In this document: positions 29,316 to 32,000 of the stretch, piece by piece
Layout of the letters: each line of letters begins with the position of its first letter
Numbering within the stretch: the stretch's first letter is position 1
Source: Pirellula staleyi DSM 6068
Lineage (GTDB): Bacteria; Planctomycetota; Planctomycetia; Pirellulales; Pirellulaceae
NCBI GenBank assembly: GCA_000025185.1
Contig: CP001848.1
Location: forward strand, 540,001 to 572,000
Length of the DNA: 32,000 nucleotides
Direction: 5' to 3'
Made by a program: the position numbers and the translations under genes
The notes under the pieces: model-generated
Told to the model about the DNA's origin: nothing
Databases searched by the model: none
What the model saw: only the letters and a program-made list of their open reading frames with translations

Positions 29316-30518
29316 ATGATCGCTCCACAAGAGAAAACGCACTATCAAATCCTCATCCTCGGCGGCGGCACCGCTGGCATCACCGTAGCGGCTCAGCTGC
29401 GGCACAAGCTGCAAACCTTCGACGTCGCGATCATCGAACCATCGACCAAGCACTACTATCAGCCCCTCTGGACCCTCGTGGGTGGAGGTGTTTTTCCCAA
29501 GGAGCAGAGCGAGCGGCTGGAGGAGTCGCTCATCCCGTCGGGGGCCATCTGGATTCGAGATTCTGTCGCCGAGTTTGCCCCCGAACAAAACAGAATCACG
29601 ACGACATCGGGCAAAGCGATCAGCTACGACTATCTCGTGATCGCGCTCGGGATTCAAATCGACTGGGATAAAATTCCGGGGCTTCGCGAAGGACTCGGAC
29701 GCAATCAGATCTGTAGTAACTATGCTTTCGATCAAGTCGATTACACGTGGGAATGCTTGCAGTCGTTCCAAGGTGGGAACGCACTCTTCACGATGCCCGG
29801 AACTGCGGTGAAGTGTGGCGGCGCACCGCAGAAGATCATGTACCTCGCAGAAGATCACTTTCGACGACGTGGCATTCGCAGGCAGTGCAACATCCACTAC
29901 TACTCGGCCCAAGGCGCGCTCTTCGCCGTCGAGAAGTACCGAAAAACGCTCGAAAAACATGTGGTCGAGACAGGGATCGAGCTGAATCTAAAACAGAACC
30001 TCGTCGAAATACTCCCCGATTCCAAGGCAGCGATTTTCGAGCATGTCGAAACGAAAGAGCGCCGGCAGGTGGGATTCGACATGATCCATGTCACACCACC
30101 GATGAGCGCGCCGAGCATCATTCAAAAAAGCACGCTGGCTAGTAGTGCTGGCTGGGTCGAGGTCGATAAGCACACGCTACAGCACCCACGTTTTCGCAAC
30201 GTCTTTACGCTCGGCGATTGCGCTGGCCTTCCGACTTCGAAAACAGGGGCCGCAATTCGCAAACAAGCGCCAGTCGTGGTGGCGAATCTGCGCAGCGCAC
30301 TCGCGGGAGAACCTCTCGCGGCGAAATACAATGGCTACACGTCGTGTCCAATCGTCACCGGTTATGGAAAACTGATCCTCGCCGAGTTCGACTACGACGG
30401 GAACCCACAAGAGACGTTTCCGTTCGATCAAGCGCAAGAGCGATGGTCGATGTACCTGCTGAAGGCCTACGCACTTCCCACCCTCTACTGGAACGCGATG
30501 CTGCGAGGCTGGGCCTAA
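29316..30518 (+). CDS. sqr: Sulfide:quinone oxidoreductase, type II (SQRDL-like)
   Basis: 400 aa. FAD-binding HYQILILGGGTAGITVA, EPSTKHYYQPLWTLVGGG, and the redox cysteines in VKCGGAPQKIMYL and YTSCPIVTGY, as in eukaryotic/type II SQR. Confidence 0.9.
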   Translation: MIAPQEKTHYQILILGGGTAGITVAAQLRHKLQTFDVAIIEPSTKHYYQPLWTLVGGGVFPKEQSERLEESLIPSGAIWIRDSVAEFAPEQNRITTTSGKAISYDYLVIALGIQIDWDKIPGLREGLGRNQICSNYAFDQVDYTWECLQSFQGGNALFTMPGTAVKCGGAPQKIMYLAEDHFRRRGIRRQCNIHYYSAQGALFAVEKYRKTLEKHVVETGIELNLKQNLVEILPDSKAAIFEHVETKERRQVGFDMIHVTPPMSAPSIIQKSTLASSAGWVEVDKHTLQHPRFRNVFTLGDCAGLPTSKTGAAIRKQAPVVVANLRSALAGEPLAAKYNGYTSCPIVTGYGKLILAEFDYDGNPQETFPFDQAQERWSMYLLKAYALPTLYWNAMLRGWA

Positions 30519-30624
30519 TCGCTACTCCCAGAACATAGCGCTGAGTAGTGTCGATTTCCTTGGTAGACTGGCGGCGCATTGCTTTGCGAGCAACGTCCCC
30601 AACTCTCCTCGAGGAACTATCGAG

Positions 30625-32000
30625 ATGCGTTCTCTTCCGCTATCGCTTGTTTCACCACTGACATTCGCCTTCGCCTACTTAGTCAGCCTCACTTGGTGCA
30701 ATGCCGAAGAACTGCGCTGCGACGTGCTGGTCTATGGCGCAACCCCCGGCGGCATCGCCGCCGCCCTTGCTGCTGCCGACGATGGCGAGAACGTGATTCT
30801 CGTTGAGCCGACCGAGCGCATCGGGGGCCTAGTGACCTGCGGACTCTCGCATACCGACTATCACGCTTACGACGGCCTCACCGGATCGTTCCTCCAGTTT
30901 TCGAAGCGCGTCGAGGCCTACTATGTGAAAAAGTACGGCCCTGACTCGCAGCAAGTGAAAGACTCCTGGCGCGGCACGTTTGGAGAGCCGCACGTGAATT
31001 TGCTGATCTTCAAGCAGATGCTCGCCGAGCGCAAAAACATTCGCGTGGTGACCAATGCTGAATTATTACGGTGCGAGGTAAAGCCCCTTCATCTGATCGA
31101 CCCCCAAGCGCCGCTCGGACCACCCAAGATTATCGAATGCCAATTCGATCAAGGATTGGCCGAGTCACTTGCGATTCGCGCCGAGATGTTCATCGATGCT
31201 TCGTATGAAGGTGACCTGATGGCGATGGCGGGTGCGGAGTATCGTGTCGGCCGCGAAGCGCGCGATGAGTATGGCGAATCTCTCGCCCCCGAGCAGGCCG
31301 ATGATCAGTTGCAGGCCTACAACTTTCGCTTCATCATGACGCAAGCTGCTGAAAATCGTGTCACCCCGCTCGCTCCACCCGGCTACAACGCCGACGACTT
31401 TCTGCCGATCGTCGAAGTGCTCAAAAGTGGCAAAATCAAGTCGATTTTTGGCTACCCGAACGACTGCATCTTCAAAGCCCAACTACCTCCGCTCCCCAAC
31501 AGCAAGCACGATATCAACGACGTTTCGAAGTCGGCCATTCGCCTTTCACTACCAGGCATCAATCGCGCGTGGCCCAATGGCGATCGCGAAACACGGGCGA
31601 AGATTTTTGCCGAGCACCGCCGCGATCAAGAGGGTTTGCTCTACTTCCTGCAGAACGACGAGCGCGTGCCGGCCAAGTTTCGCGACGAAGCACGCACCTG
31701 GGGCTGGTGTAAAGATGAGTTCGAGTCGACCGGTCATCTGCCACCGCAACTCTACGTGCGTGAAGCGCGGCGGATGGTGGGGCTGTATGTCTTCCGACAG
31801 TCGGACTGCGAGAATGCCCCCGGCGATGCCCGCGCGAAACTGTTTACCGACGCGATTGCGATGGGCGAATATGGCAACAACTGCCACGGCACCGCGCACG
31901 AAGGTCCCCGTTTTGGCGGCAAGCATACGGGCGACTTCTACCATGCGACTCCCCCGTACCAAATTCCGTATGGCGTGATCGTCCCCACGGAAGGCGACAA
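30625..32000 (+). CDS. Secreted FAD-dependent oxidoreductase, 3' end outside the window
   Basis: My own translation from the ATG at 30625 gives MRSLPLSLVSPLTFAFAYLVSLTWCNAEELRCDVLVYGATPGGIAAALAAADDGENVILVEP...FIDASYEGDLMAMAG. The frame is open to the window end, so it is absent from the track. The ORFs the track lists in this region are shadow frames. Confidence 0.8.
   Translation, partial: MRSLPLSLVSPLTFAFAYLVSLTWCNAEELRCDVLVYGATPGGIAAALAAADDGENVILVEPTERIGGLVTCGLSHTDYHAYDGLTGSFLQFSKRVEAYYVKKYGPDSQQVKDSWRGTFGEPHVNLLIFKQMLAERKNIRVVTNAELLRCEVKPLHLIDPQAPLGPPKIIECQFDQGLAESLAIRAEMFIDASYEGDLMAMAGAEYRVGREARDEYGESLAPEQADDQLQAYNFRFIMTQAAENRVTPLAPPGYNADDFLPIVEVLKSGKIKSIFGYPNDCIFKAQLPPLPNSKHDINDVSKSAIRLSLPGINRAWPNGDRETRAKIFAEHRRDQEGLLYFLQNDERVPAKFRDEARTWGWCKDEFESTGHLPPQLYVREARRMVGLYVFRQSDCENAPGDARAKLFTDAIAMGEYGNNCHGTAHEGPRFGGKHTGDFYHATPPYQIPYGVIVPTEGD

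Noticed and set aside
25940-29960. Long antisense ORFs 25940..26575, 26963..27850, 28410..29177, 28697..29119 and 29280..29960, and same-strand off-frame ORFs 26209..26517, 28757..29296 and 29747..30142.
   Set aside because: Each lies inside a gene with unmistakable family motifs on the + strand (rhodanese, MBL, TauE, SQR). These are typical GC-rich shadow ORFs.
30579-31978. Track ORFs 30579..30806, 31165..31482 (-), 31358..31978 (+) and 31549..31962 (-).
   Set aside because: All are off-frame relative to the FAD oxidoreductase frame starting at 30625, which has clear GxGxxG/FAD motifs and stays open to the window end.

Overview
The window comes from a moderately GC-rich bacterial chromosome. 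Gene content (a YXWGXW-repeat secreted protein, a signal-peptide FAD oxidoreductase, many SUKH-type small proteins) suggests Planctomycetota, but this is inference only. There are three blocks. (1) 1-12.7 kb holds about 22 small minus-strand ORFs. Each is followed by a 60-100 bp imperfect palindrome bounded by RYYYAAC...GTTRRRY. I read this as an integron gene-cassette array with about 21 candidate attC sites, whose recombinogenic bottom strand is the window + strand. A truncated tyrosine-recombinase gene (13054-13383, +) sits at the promoter-proximal end, where intI would be. The cargo is dominated by SUKH/SMI1-KNR4-like and other immunity-type small proteins, plus a frameshifted RNA ligase and an LRR protein. 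(2) 13.5-23.3 kb is a 9.75 kb integrative island inserted in tRNA-Arg(CCT) and bounded by 51 bp direct repeats. It carries a tyrosine integrase, one intact and one degenerate serine recombinase, a seven-gene operon of unknowns, an AT-rich membrane-protein gene and a three-gene plus-strand module. The central 419 aa protein of that module joins a Lys/Pro-rich tail, a winged-helix-like region and a nucleoside-2-deoxyribosyltransferase/TIR-like domain. This is my best candidate for an undescribed conflict system. (3) 23.4-32 kb contains core genes. These are the YXWGXW protein, an ArsR-regulated sulfide-detoxification operon (rhodanese-DUF2892-rhodanese, MBL/persulfide-dioxygenase-like with rhodanese domains, TauE, type II SQR) and a partial FAD oxidoreductase. 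All family assignments rest on motifs read by eye; no searches were run.
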